A stretch of DNA of 64,000 bases from an uncultured Streptococcus sp. (GTDB lineage Bacteria > Bacillota > Bacilli > Lactobacillales > Streptococcaceae): the NCBI GenBank assembly GCA_963535345.1, contig CAUSWL010000002.1, positions 11,400-75,399 on the forward strand, given 5' to 3'. This document shows positions 45,938 to 55,224 of this stretch, piece after piece. The notes under the pieces are model-generated. The model made no database searches and had not been told where the DNA came from. It worked only from the letters and a program-made list of their open reading frames with translations. A program made the position numbers and the translations under genes. How positions within the stretch are numbered: position 1 is the first letter of the stretch; every line of letters starts with the position of its first letter.

Positions 45938-46183
45938 GCTTATCTCCTTTTTACTTTTCCCAGAGGTAGCAAAAAGCTACCCAGTTCAATAGACAGAATC
46001 TCTGTCTTATCATCCATTCAAAACAACTCCTACCAATACTTTTTAAAATAAATCAGGGTAGCAACTTAACAAATCATCTTAGGAAAAGCCTCAGCTTACT
46101 ATCAATTTATATAAGTTATCCTTTTCTTTCTCAGTATATTTATAAAAGAGAAGGTCATGTCATCTGTTTTAAGTGTAACATCC

Positions 46184-46212
46184 ATGCTACCATTTTCCCT
46201 TGTAGGTGTCAA
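46184..46212 (-). promoter_or_regulatory. Sigma-A promoter for the ABC exporter operon (long leader)
   Basis: TTGACA-N17-TAGCAT with TG extension, about 245 nt upstream of the permease ATG. Confidence 0.55.
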
Positions 46213-46251
46213 GAGAGCGACTTAGAGGATGATAAGAGACTTTAGTAGTTT

Positions 46252-46295
46252 TGTAACAATCCTGTAATAATTCTCTGCATAAAAAATGATAAAAT
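46252..46295 (+). promoter_or_regulatory. WalR (VicR) box and extended -10 for the DUF3270 gene
   Basis: TGTAAC-AATCC-TGTAAT matches TGT(A/T)A(A/T/C)-N5-TGT(A/T)A(A/T/C); TGaTAAAAT downstream. Confidence 0.75.
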
Positions 46296-46321
46296 AGTTA
46301 TGTACTGTTAAGGAGAGAATC

Positions 46322-46606
46322 ATGTCCGCAAGAAAACTAGAAGCTTATGAGTTTGAACAAGCTCCCGAATCAAAACAAACTCCGCTTTACCAAGATTACA
46401 CACCTGAAGCCCCAGTCGGCCCTAACCTAAAAGAGATTTTATTTTTTGTAAATATCGCTTGTTTCTGTATTTTTATGGCACTTTTTAGTTTTATCTTTTT
46501 AGCTATAAAATTAAATACAGCTTTATCCTTTGTCGCTGCAATGGGTCTTAGTTTCGCCCTTTTACAACTTCAACGAAAGATAATGAAACGAAAATTTTCG
46601 AAATAA
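46322..46606 (+). CDS. Small membrane protein (DUF3270-like)
   Basis: P.YQDY motif, LKEILFF.NIA.FC, two TMs; convergent with ciaH. Confidence 0.82.
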   Translation: MSARKLEAYEFEQAPESKQTPLYQDYTPEAPVGPNLKEILFFVNIACFCIFMALFSFIFLAIKLNTALSFVAAMGLSFALLQLQRKIMKRKFSK

Positions 46607-46642
46607 AGGTTGGTACTACTACCAACCTCTTTTCTAGTTATC

Positions 46643-46672
46643 AAAAAAGACAGTTCTCTAACTGTCTTTTTT
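46643..46672. terminator. Bidirectional terminator between the DUF3270 gene and ciaH
   Basis: AAAAAAGACAGTT-ctct-AACTGTCTTTTTT. Confidence 0.78.
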
Positions 46673-48008
46673 ATTTATTCTTACGTTTTGAAGGAGATTG
46701 AATAGCGATCTTAACTTCAAAAATTGTTCCTCTAGGTTTGTTATCTTTTACGCTAATCGTTCCTCGTAAGGCATCTACGATTTGCTTGGCCAAGGATAGT
46801 CCAAGACCAAAGCCACCTTTCTGACGAGTTCTTGCCTTGTCTACACGATAAAAACGGTCAAAGATTTTCTTCTTGTCAGCAGCTGAGATTCCAATTCCGT
46901 TATCCGTTACTGTTAGATAGAGGTGACGATCTGTAGCATGGACTATAAACTCAATTTTCCCATCTTCTTCAGTATACTTGATGGCATTGTCAAATAAGAT
47001 AGTCATGAGCTGTTTTAGGAGCAACTGATCGGTCATAAAGGGACGATAAATCTGATTTTCATACTCAAAAATACGATCATTTTCAGAAGCAATCAACTCA
47101 TAGTTAGCAAAGGTCGTCTTAAAGAACTGTGGTGATACTTCTGCTATTTCTGGTTTAATTCCATCATCGCGACGTGCAAGGTTGAGAAGATTGGTCGTGA
47201 GGAAGCGCATGTTGCGAACTTCTTCAAGACTGGAAGCGATACTTTCGCTGGATTCCATAATCGTTGCCTCTGGTTTTCGAAAGAGATTTTCTAAACGATT
47301 TTGTAAAACGGCCAAAGGCGTTCTCAGTTCGTGACTCGCATTTTCAACAAAGGACTTCTGCTTTTGCATACTTTCCAGCAAGGGTTTGACACTGACACGT
47401 GCCAGATAAACACTGGCAATTAAAGACAGGAGCCAGAAACTAGCCATGACTACAACAATTAAATGCTCGTGGTTTTGGCTGATTTGCTCGAGCTGGCTGG
47501 TATTGATTAAAACCGCAGCATATTTGACGTTACTTGAGACGGAAGATGAGTTGGTTTCCATCAAAATCATCCGATAGGTTTCTTCCTGACCATAGCTATT
47601 GACAACTTGGATTTGGCGAATGTGATTCAACTCCTTTTTGTCCAGCTTGATCTTGTCCAAACCTAAAAAGCGATTGCCCAGTAAGAGCTGATTAAAATCC
47701 TTGTCAAAGAGCAAGACTTCCGTATTGGAGCTGACATTGGGCTTGATTTCAGCCTTGTTGGCATCCGCTGTTGCTGGTTGAATATCCTTAACCTCTTCAG
47801 TTGCCCGATTCAGGGCTAACTGGATAACCGCTTGGGGACTGCTACTAAGGGCTTGGAGTTTTTCATCTACAGAAGTGTAGAGACTCGAGTGCATGACCTG
47901 GAGGATAATCAAGGTCATAGCAGAGAAGATCAGGGTGAACACTCCAAAGTTTCGAATGAAATAGCTGAAATCATCCGCATACCATGTTTTTTTTAGTTTA
48001 TTGAACAT
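46671..48008 (-). CDS. ciaH: Sensor histidine kinase CiaH
   Basis: Two TMs, [19 protein letters not shown] and GFGLGL motifs. Confidence 0.96.
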   Translation of the reverse strand: MFNKLKKTWYADDFSYFIRNFGVFTLIFSAMTLIILQVMHSSLYTSVDEKLQALSSSPQAVIQLALNRATEEVKDIQPATADANKAEIKPNVSSNTEVLLFDKDFNQLLLGNRFLGLDKIKLDKKELNHIRQIQVVNSYGQEETYRMILMETNSSSVSSNVKYAAVLINTSQLEQISQNHEHLIVVVMASFWLLSLIASVYLARVSVKPLLESMQKQKSFVENASHELRTPLAVLQNRLENLFRKPEATIMESSESIASSLEEVRNMRFLTTNLLNLARRDDGIKPEIAEVSPQFFKTTFANYELIASENDRIFEYENQIYRPFMTDQLLLKQLMTILFDNAIKYTEEDGKIEFIVHATDRHLYLTVTDNGIGISAADKKKIFDRFYRVDKARTRQKGGFGLGLSLAKQIVDALRGTISVKDNKPRGTIFEVKIAIQSPSKRKNK

Positions 48009-48672
48009 CTTTTAAAATATACCCGACACTACGCAAGGTTTGAAGATTTTCAGCAAAGGCTGTTCCCTTCAATTTCTTACGAACTTTTGAGACATAGACT
48101 TCTACAACGGAAATCGTCGTATCGCTATCAAATCCCCATAGACGGTCAAAAATTTGCGTCTTAGGAAGAATAACATTTTGATTTTGAAGGAAGTAAACCA
48201 ATAATTCAAACTCTTTTCCGAGTAGTTCCACAGGAGTGTCTTCCACCTTCACTTCATTCGTTGAAAGGTTGACGACAATATCTCCATAGGTCAAGGTGTT
48301 TTCGTTAAACTTACCTGAACGTTTGAGAAGGGCTTGGATTCGCATTTTGAGTTCTTCAAGGTAGAAAGGTTTGGTGAGGTAGTCATCCGCTCCAAGCTCA
48401 AAACCGTGTCCCTTGTCATCCAAACTCTCTTTGGCAGTCATGATAAGGACTGGTGTCGTGATTCCTTTTTCACGCAATTCTTTCAAGACTTGGAACCCAT
48501 TTTTTTCCGGCAACATCAGGTCAAGCAAAATCAAGTCATAAACGCCACTTTCAGCTTCGTAGAGACCTTCTTCTCCATCAAAGACCTGCATGACATCTGC
48601 AAAATCATCCAAAAAGTCAAATACTGAGTTTGACAGACCCAGGTCATCTTCTACTAATAAGATTTTTATCAT
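47998..48672 (-). CDS. ciaR: Response regulator CiaR
   Basis: [21 protein letters not shown]; OmpR-type C-terminus TLRSVGY. Confidence 0.97.
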   Translation of the reverse strand: MIKILLVEDDLGLSNSVFDFLDDFADVMQVFDGEEGLYEAESGVYDLILLDLMLPEKNGFQVLKELREKGITTPVLIMTAKESLDDKGHGFELGADDYLTKPFYLEELKMRIQALLKRSGKFNENTLTYGDIVVNLSTNEVKVEDTPVELLGKEFELLVYFLQNQNVILPKTQIFDRLWGFDSDTTISVVEVYVSKVRKKLKGTAFAENLQTLRSVGYILKDVQ

Positions 48673-48696
48673 CAGAAACTCCTCCTTCTTATGATT

Positions 48697-48729
48697 ATTA
48701 TACCAAAATTGCCTTAAAAAAAACTCAAC
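48697..48729 (-). promoter_or_regulatory. CiaR autoregulatory box and -10, overlapping the pepN terminator
   Basis: GTTGAG-TTTTT-TTTAAG, 10 nt, then TATAAT. The upstream half lies in the 3' arm of the AAAAACTCAACT/AGTTGAGTTTTT hairpin. Confidence 0.75.
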
Positions 48730-48778
48730 TCTCTCTTCTTTTCAGATAGAAAGTTGAGTTTTTGTTTACATAAACGAA

Positions 48779-51325
48779 TTAAGCTTTAGCATATTGGGCT
48801 ACAACAGCTTCTACTGCAGCTTTTTCACGCTTAATCAAGTCAACACGCGCTGCGATATCCTTGATCCCCATGCGGATATTACGGCTAAGAGCTAGGTCAG
48901 AAAGTTGTGGTTCAAAGAATTCCTTGTACTCTGCCAAGCGTTGCTCTGTTTTAAAGATATGTGATGGGAAGATGACAAAGCTGTCAAAGCTCATGTCGCC
49001 ACCAAGAGCTGCCTTGATCCAATCCCAGTTTTCGCGCGCCCATACCCAAACAGTCTCTTGAGTTGCTTGGTGTCCGAGGAATTGGAGGTACCATGAAGAA
49101 AGGTCTTGAGGTTTGACCACAAATTTGTCCTTCCATGAACTAATCAAGGTTTGGATATTGTCAGCATCTGTACTGTAGGCTAGAGCAGCTGCCAACTGGC
49201 GTTTGAAGACCGCATCCGTCGCATGAGTGTAGAGGTCCAGATAAGTTGCGACCAAGTCCTTGGTCTCATGGTGTTTCATCTCATTGATGAGAACTTGTGC
49301 ACGGATGGCTGCTGGAAGTCCTGCAAGGTTCTCCTTATGAGCTGCAAAGATTTGACTAGCGACTTGACTAGCTTCTGCATCATTGGAGCGAATCATCATA
49401 GAAACGGCCAGCTGACGAACCAATTCATCCTCATCTGATTCTCCGTCTTTAGCTTCAAAACCAAGACGGTCATAGTTATGACGAGCCAATTTAGCAACCA
49501 AAGCTTTGAAGGCTCTTTCAGCTTCTGTTCCTTCATCGATAAAGCGCTCAAGGGCAGAAATCACTTGAGAAACAGCTGAAACGACAAGGTAAGATTCTTC
49601 TTTAGCAAGTTTATCAAGGACTGGGAGCAAGTCAGCATAAGAAATGTGCCCCGCTTCAGCAAGCAAACGACGTTCTTGAACGATTTGAAGTTTACTTGTG
49701 TTATCAAGCTCAACTAGGTCAGCAAGAACAGCATCTAACAAGTCTCCTTGATAGTCTGTAATATAGTGGGCTGTATTTTCAGTATTGAAACGAAGAGCTC
49801 CTTCATTTTCAGCAAGAAGAGCTGCGTAGCCAGGGATTTCGATGCTTTCAGTTTCGAGTGTATCAGGCAAGCCTTTCCAGTTGCTGTTTAGTGGCACAAC
49901 CCAGAGACGGTTCTTATCTTCGTGCTCACCGATGAAGAATTGCTTTTGCGAAATCTTCAAGACATCATTTTCAACTTTGACAGTAAGAACTGGGTAACCA
50001 GGTTGTTCCAACCAAGAATCCATAAAGGCTGCGACATCACGTCCAGACGCGTGACCAAGGGCATCCCAAAGGTCACGACCAATTGTATTGCTGTATTGAT
50101 GTTTTTCAAAGTAGGCATGCAAACCTTTGGCAAAATCGGCATCACCTAGCCAACGACGAAGCATGTGCATGAGGCGACTTCCTTTGGCATAGACGATAGC
50201 TCCGTCAAAGAGCGTATTGATTTCATCTGGATGTTTCACTTCGACGTGAACAGACTGAACACCATCAGTCGCATCACGTTTCAAGGCAGACGGAACACCA
50301 CCTGTTTGGAAATCTTCAAAGATATTCCAGCTTGGTTCAATAGCATCCACACAGACGTACTCCATCATGTTAGCAAAGCTTTCATTGAGCCAAAGGTCAT
50401 CCCACCATTTCATAGTTACCAGGTTACCAAACCATTGGTGAGCCAATTCATGGGCCACAACAAGGGCAACTTGTTGACGGCTGGCAAAGGTAGAGTTCTC
50501 ATCCACAACCAAGTAAACTTCACGGTAGGTCACAAGACCCCAGTTTTCCATAGCACCAGCTGAGAAGTCAGGAAGGGCGATGTGGAGAGATTGAGGGATT
50601 GGGTACTTAACTCCATAGTAATCTTCGTAAAACTCGATAGAGCGAACAGCGATGTCCAGTGAAAAATCAAGGTTAGATAGTGGGTGGGCTTTCGTTGAGT
50701 AAACACCTACAAGAGTACCGTTTTTAGTCTTAGCCGTCACACCTTGCAAATCACCCGCAACAAAGGCCAACAAGTAAGAAGACATGCGAGGTGTTGTCTC
50801 AAACTTCCAGATGCCTGTTTCCTTACGGTTTTCCACATCAATTTCTGGCATGTTTGATAAGGCCACTTCACCTTCTGCTTGGTCAAAACGTAGAGCGAGG
50901 TCAAAAGTCGCTTTAGCTTCTGGCTCATCCACACATGGGAAGGCTTCGCGCGCAAAATGGCTCTCGAACTGAGTAGACAAGACTTCCTTCTTGACTCCAT
51001 CAACTGTGTAGTAAGAAGGGTAAATACCTGTCATGTTGTCTGTGATTTTTCCTGAAAAAGCGATGACTAATTCAACTTGACCAGCCTCAGCCAATTCGAT
51101 ATGAAGGGCTTCATTGTCATGGTCAACTGTAAATGGACGAGCTTGACCTGCAACTTCTACAGAAGCGATTTCCAAGTCTTTTTGGTGAAGGGAAATACGG
51201 TCACTCTGTGCTTGGCCACTAATAGTCACCTTTCCAGAAAACGTCTTGGTCTCACGACTCAAGTCTAAAAATAAATCATAATGTTCAGGAACAAATTGGG
51301 TAATAAAATGTTCAACTGCTTGCAT
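48779..51325 (-). CDS. pepN: Aminopeptidase N (M1)
   Basis: GAMENWG, HELAHQW..LWLNE and YAKG motifs. Confidence 0.97.
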   Translation of the reverse strand: MQAVEHFITQFVPEHYDLFLDLSRETKTFSGKVTISGQAQSDRISLHQKDLEIASVEVAGQARPFTVDHDNEALHIELAEAGQVELVIAFSGKITDNMTGIYPSYYTVDGVKKEVLSTQFESHFAREAFPCVDEPEAKATFDLALRFDQAEGEVALSNMPEIDVENRKETGIWKFETTPRMSSYLLAFVAGDLQGVTAKTKNGTLVGVYSTKAHPLSNLDFSLDIAVRSIEFYEDYYGVKYPIPQSLHIALPDFSAGAMENWGLVTYREVYLVVDENSTFASRQQVALVVAHELAHQWFGNLVTMKWWDDLWLNESFANMMEYVCVDAIEPSWNIFEDFQTGGVPSALKRDATDGVQSVHVEVKHPDEINTLFDGAIVYAKGSRLMHMLRRWLGDADFAKGLHAYFEKHQYSNTIGRDLWDALGHASGRDVAAFMDSWLEQPGYPVLTVKVENDVLKISQKQFFIGEHEDKNRLWVVPLNSNWKGLPDTLETESIEIPGYAALLAENEGALRFNTENTAHYITDYQGDLLDAVLADLVELDNTSKLQIVQERRLLAEAGHISYADLLPVLDKLAKEESYLVVSAVSQVISALERFIDEGTEAERAFKALVAKLARHNYDRLGFEAKDGESDEDELVRQLAVSMMIRSNDAEASQVASQIFAAHKENLAGLPAAIRAQVLINEMKHHETKDLVATYLDLYTHATDAVFKRQLAAALAYSTDADNIQTLISSWKDKFVVKPQDLSSWYLQFLGHQATQETVWVWARENWDWIKAALGGDMSFDSFVIFPSHIFKTEQRLAEYKEFFEPQLSDLALSRNIRMGIKDIAARVDLIKREKAAVEAVVAQYAKA

Positions 51326-51445
51326 AGTTTTCTCCTATTCTAAGTTTAAGAGTTTTACTCTTCTTCAAACAAACTTATTATATCATGTTTTGCTTTAGAA
51401 AAAAGGATTGGACGGTAATTTCCAAAACTTTCTTCCTTCTGCAGT

Positions 51446-51886
51446 CTACAGTGGGTAGACCTTGCGAAATTCTTCCAAAACGACCTTGCTGTCAGGCGTA
51501 AAAGGCAGCCCAGCTTCCCTCATCCACTCGGTGAAACAGTCTTCATGAACCTGACGCCAATAGGCTAAAGATTTGTCTCCCTCACCTTCCTTATAGGCAT
51601 GGTCTGCAGAAACTTGATTGAAATGCTGAACGGAGACCTTAGTAATTTCGACAATGCAGACAGCCTGATTTTGACTGTCTAAAATGACATCGAAGGTCCC
51701 TTCTTGCGGAAGAGGTTCGTCCTCTATTGCGTAGAGGTCGTAGGCTGAGGCGGTTGCTGTCTTTTCGCCTTTTAAAACCAAACCTGCCAAGAGATCGCCT
51801 TCCACTCCAAAAGCCCAGGCATCTATCTCATCTCCAATCGAGGGGTTAATTTGCTTATACGCATTCCACATTTCTTGCGGTGTCAT
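51446..51886 (-). CDS. ASCH domain protein
   Basis: AWAFG, GEKTATAS, EGEGD and VVLEEF motifs. Confidence 0.88.
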   Translation of the reverse strand: MTPQEMWNAYKQINPSIGDEIDAWAFGVEGDLLAGLVLKGEKTATASAYDLYAIEDEPLPQEGTFDVILDSQNQAVCIVEITKVSVQHFNQVSADHAYKEGEGDKSLAYWRQVHEDCFTEWMREAGLPFTPDSKVVLEEFRKVYPL

Positions 51887-52734
51887 GGGTTGCTCCTTTG
51901 TAATTTTTTACTCACTTCTTTTACACGTTTGAGATGGTCTGGATGATCAATCTCTAAATTAAAAATCTCTGGAATAGAACTGTAGTGGATAATACACTTG
52001 ATACCCATCTGATTCATTTTTTGTATGAAAGAAGCATTCAGATAGCCTGCTACAGCAAAGTCAATCTTTTTCATCCTTGCTTTATCCTGCATTTCTCTTA
52101 GCATATCTAACATTATTGGACTTTCCATATCATGCCATTGACTGTTTCTCACAGTCGCAAAAACAAAAGAAGTCAAATCATTCATTCCAACTATAATCTT
52201 TGAAATACCCGTTTCCAGTATCCTGTCCAAGTCAAAATATGCTGACGGTAATTCAATCATTGTACCGACTTTTCCAGTAAAACCATGCTCACGCAATACT
52301 CTAATAGCTTGTTTTAATTGGTCGGCATCATTGACAAAAGGAAAAATAACAGACAGATTAGGATTGGTTTGATAAACTTCTGTAACGACATGTGCCTCAG
52401 CCTGAAATTCATTCGGACACGCCAGCAAACGCCTTATCCCTCTATATCCAAACAAGGGATGATTTTCATCAAAATGCTCTTTAGTCCCCTCTAAACAATT
52501 AGCTTCTGTATTTGTTAACTCTGAAAAACGATACCAAACCTCTTCATCTGAGTACAAGGAGCAAATGGTATCTAGATAATCTTTTACAAATTGCTGACAA
52601 CTTGCTAATAGGATATTTTGATTGAGCTCTCTCAGTAAGTATTCTCCACGAATCATACCGACGTGGTGCAATAACTGAGGATACACTTTTTCAACAATTT
52701 GTTCGCCACTAAGGACAAGTTGGTTTCTCATCAT
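51883..52734 (-). CDS. Stand-alone PEP-utilizer C-terminal (TIM-barrel) domain protein
   Basis: GMIRGEY, ENHPLFGYRGIR, IFPFV, GTMIELPS and GMNDLT resemble the EI/PPDK PEP-binding domain; no His-carrier domain. Confidence 0.8.
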   Translation of the reverse strand: MMRNQLVLSGEQIVEKVYPQLLHHVGMIRGEYLLRELNQNILLASCQQFVKDYLDTICSLYSDEEVWYRFSELTNTEANCLEGTKEHFDENHPLFGYRGIRRLLACPNEFQAEAHVVTEVYQTNPNLSVIFPFVNDADQLKQAIRVLREHGFTGKVGTMIELPSAYFDLDRILETGISKIIVGMNDLTSFVFATVRNSQWHDMESPIMLDMLREMQDKARMKKIDFAVAGYLNASFIQKMNQMGIKCIIHYSSIPEIFNLEIDHPDHLKRVKEVSKKLQRSNP

Positions 52735-53209
52735 TCACCTTCCAATTCATATACAAGGTCTTATCCAGTTCTGGAAGTCCTAATAACTCTGCTTTAACCT
52801 TCAAGACTAATGGCGATGCATTTTCTTCTGTGATCTCTTGAATATCCATCCAAACATATCCAAGTGAATCATTCGCACCATCAGAAACAGCATCCGAAAT
52901 CGTAACTTGAGGTGCAATCTCATTCATTTCAACATCATACAAGGCCATTATATGGTGAATAGTAAAATTTGTTAACTCTTCCCTGACGAAAACATCGTAG
53001 ATTCGAGGATTGGAGTAGCTTCTAACAGTAAATCCTGTCTCTTCCATCACTTCTCTAATCAGCGTTTCCGTCAGTCCTTCACCAAGTTGCTGACTGCCTC
53101 CAGGTAGATCATAACGATGTTGATAAGGGCCTCTCGTTTTTTCAATGCAGAGTAACTTCCCGTTTTCAAAGCAAACAGCATAGACTCCAAAGTGTTTTTT
53201 GATTTCCAT
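52709..53209 (-). CDS. Nudix hydrolase
   Basis: LPGG..GE...TLIREVMEETG Nudix box. Confidence 0.92.
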   Translation of the reverse strand: MEIKKHFGVYAVCFENGKLLCIEKTRGPYQHRYDLPGGSQQLGEGLTETLIREVMEETGFTVRSYSNPRIYDVFVREELTNFTIHHIMALYDVEMNEIAPQVTISDAVSDGANDSLGYVWMDIQEITEENASPLVLKVKAELLGLPELDKTLYMNWKVNDEKPTCP

Positions 53210-53219
53210 CCAACTCCTC

Positions 53220-53918
53220 CTACTTCAAAGACCAGCCACCATCTATTGTCAAAATTTGTCCCTGCATGGCGCCCGCCTTTCCACTTGCTAAGAAAAGGCT
53301 GATTTCTGCTATTTCCTCTGGCTCAATCCAGCGCTTGATTGGCGTTTCACTAGCCACCCAGTCAGCTAAGCCACCTGGTTCAAAGTCGGCAACGGTCATA
53401 GCTGTCTTAACTGCCCCTGGAGCAATCCCATAGACCTGAATCCCAGCTTCAGCATAGTCTAGGGCCAACTGCTTGGTAAATCCTGCCAAGGCATGCTTAG
53501 AGGAAGTATAGGCATGACCACCTCCGCCAGCTAGACTTGAGGCAATCGAACACATATTGATAATGATTCCTTTTTTATTTTCCAGCATTTGCGTCAAATA
53601 ATAGCGAGTCAACTCAACAGGAGTCACATAGTTGATTTCAAAAATCTCTTGAATTTCCTGCGCTGTTTGATCCAACAGTGGTTTGTAATCATCCAAAACT
53701 CCTGCAGTATTGCATAAAACATCCACCTGAGGGCACCAGTCAAAAACAGGTTTCAAGTCTAATGTCAAATCCCTCTGTAAAAAGTGGAAATCGCCCTGAA
53801 AAAGTGGATTTTCACCTTGGTCCACTCCATAAACTTGATAGCCATTCTCTAAAAAGTGGCGAGCTTGAGCCAGTCCAATACCTGAACTCACTCCTGTAAT
53901 CAATACACGTCTAGTCAT
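53220..53918 (-). CDS. Short-chain dehydrogenase/reductase (FabG-like)
   Basis: TGVSSGIG, NTAG and YTSSK motifs. Confidence 0.92.
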   Translation of the reverse strand: MTRRVLITGVSSGIGLAQARHFLENGYQVYGVDQGENPLFQGDFHFLQRDLTLDLKPVFDWCPQVDVLCNTAGVLDDYKPLLDQTAQEIQEIFEINYVTPVELTRYYLTQMLENKKGIIINMCSIASSLAGGGGHAYTSSKHALAGFTKQLALDYAEAGIQVYGIAPGAVKTAMTVADFEPGGLADWVASETPIKRWIEPEEIAEISLFLASGKAGAMQGQILTIDGGWSLK

Positions 53919-54147
53919 GCACTTCTACCCAATCCGTCGCCAAAACATCACAAGGTGTCGGACTCCACATGGAAAAACCTTCCCCTTCTCCTGACACGTT
54001 GATGAGGAAATAAGGCGTCACTTCAAGTGCAACCCCGTTTTGCTCGATAGTGTCAAAGAGTTGCACATAGTTTTCAGCCCCTCCCCAACCAATTCGTACA
54101 TATTTTTTCTTGGCCTTTAATCCAGGCAGGATTTCTTCAAAAGTCAT
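53911..54147 (-). CDS. DUF2829 (Tad2-like) small protein, 78 aa
   Basis: MTFEEIL..LK..KK..R.GW.G...W.P..CDVLATDW signature; start after AAGGAG. Confidence 0.78.
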   Translation of the reverse strand: MTFEEILPGLKAKKKYVRIGWGGAENYVQLFDTIEQNGVALEVTPYFLINVSGEGEGFSMWSPTPCDVLATDWVEVHD

Positions 54148-54260
54148 GATGTTCTCCTTTAATTCTAAATTCTTCATTTAATTATAACAAAAAACCGTTT
54201 TCCAACGGCTTTTTGACTGTATCTTACTTCAATAAAACAAATAGCTATCCAATTTTTTAA

Positions 54261-55076
54261 TTATTTCAGTTCAATTAATTTATTGTAGATTTTCTCAGTC
54301 AGTTCTTTCTGTTGCGCTCCTGTTAAATGGTGCGAAGTGCGAATTAATATGGTTCCATAAACATAGTGGGATCCCGGATTTAAAGCAGTTCCATCAAAAG
54401 CACTAATATAAGTATTGCGCTTTTCTGCATCTTCTTTTGTCTTATAAACTTCTATATTTCCACCAGCATCATTACCTTTTTGAACAATATCTGAGCCTTC
54501 TACAGATTCATTCACTTGCTTGTCAACGAAATATACAGACGCTGTATATCCTCCTTGTTTATTTAATTTTTTATTAGGGTCATTATCCTCCGTAACAGAT
54601 TGTACTCCAGTAATTGATTCAATTTCTTTGAGTCTTTCTTCAATAAAAGAACTAGAAGGATTTGTAATTTGTTTTAATTGAAGAATGCTATTTTGATAGT
54701 GAGTCAATTTTTCAGACAAATTCTTTTTTGTTTCACTATAATCTAATGGTTGACTTAATTCTTCAATTTGCTTCTCAATCTTAGCAGTCGCTTTCTCCAT
54801 TTCTGGTTCTTTACGAAGTGAATCTTTGCTATCCTTTATAGTTGATTTCAATTCTTCCAATGTCTTAGAATCAAGAGGTTCTTCATTATTCTCAATAACC
54901 TTTTCAGCCTCAGCTATTTGATCTTCAACTTCTTTATTCTTTTCATTTAAATCCTTTACTACATCTTCAAACTTAGTTACAGCAGCTTGATGAGGCGCAT
55001 AGGATAAGAAATAGTATCCTGTTGCCAAACCTAAAGCAATAAAAGTAATAAGCCCAACAATCATTGATTTCTTCAT
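54261..55076 (-). CDS. Membrane-anchored coiled-coil hypothetical protein (AT-rich)
   Basis: N-terminal TM, E/K-rich coiled coil, globular C-terminal domain (GGNIEVY..RNTY..GSHYVYGT); flanked by terminators. Confidence 0.8.
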   Translation of the reverse strand: MKKSMIVGLITFIALGLATGYYFLSYAPHQAAVTKFEDVVKDLNEKNKEVEDQIAEAEKVIENNEEPLDSKTLEELKSTIKDSKDSLRKEPEMEKATAKIEKQIEELSQPLDYSETKKNLSEKLTHYQNSILQLKQITNPSSSFIEERLKEIESITGVQSVTEDNDPNKKLNKQGGYTASVYFVDKQVNESVEGSDIVQKGNDAGGNIEVYKTKEDAEKRNTYISAFDGTALNPGSHYVYGTILIRTSHHLTGAQQKELTEKIYNKLIELK

Positions 55077-55224
55077 TTTAAACTCCTCAATTTATAAATA
55101 ATCTCCTCTATATTTTAATATATTGTTTTAAATATTTCAAGTGTAAAAAGCTATAGAATCAACTTATTGCCAGATATACAAAAACGATAACCACTTTTCA
55201 GTAGTTATCGTTGATTTCTTTTGA

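Noticed and set aside
25941..54147. Functional link between the CARF-nuclease and the Tad2-like gene
   Set aside because: They are ~27 kb apart in unrelated transcription units; nothing in the sequence links them.
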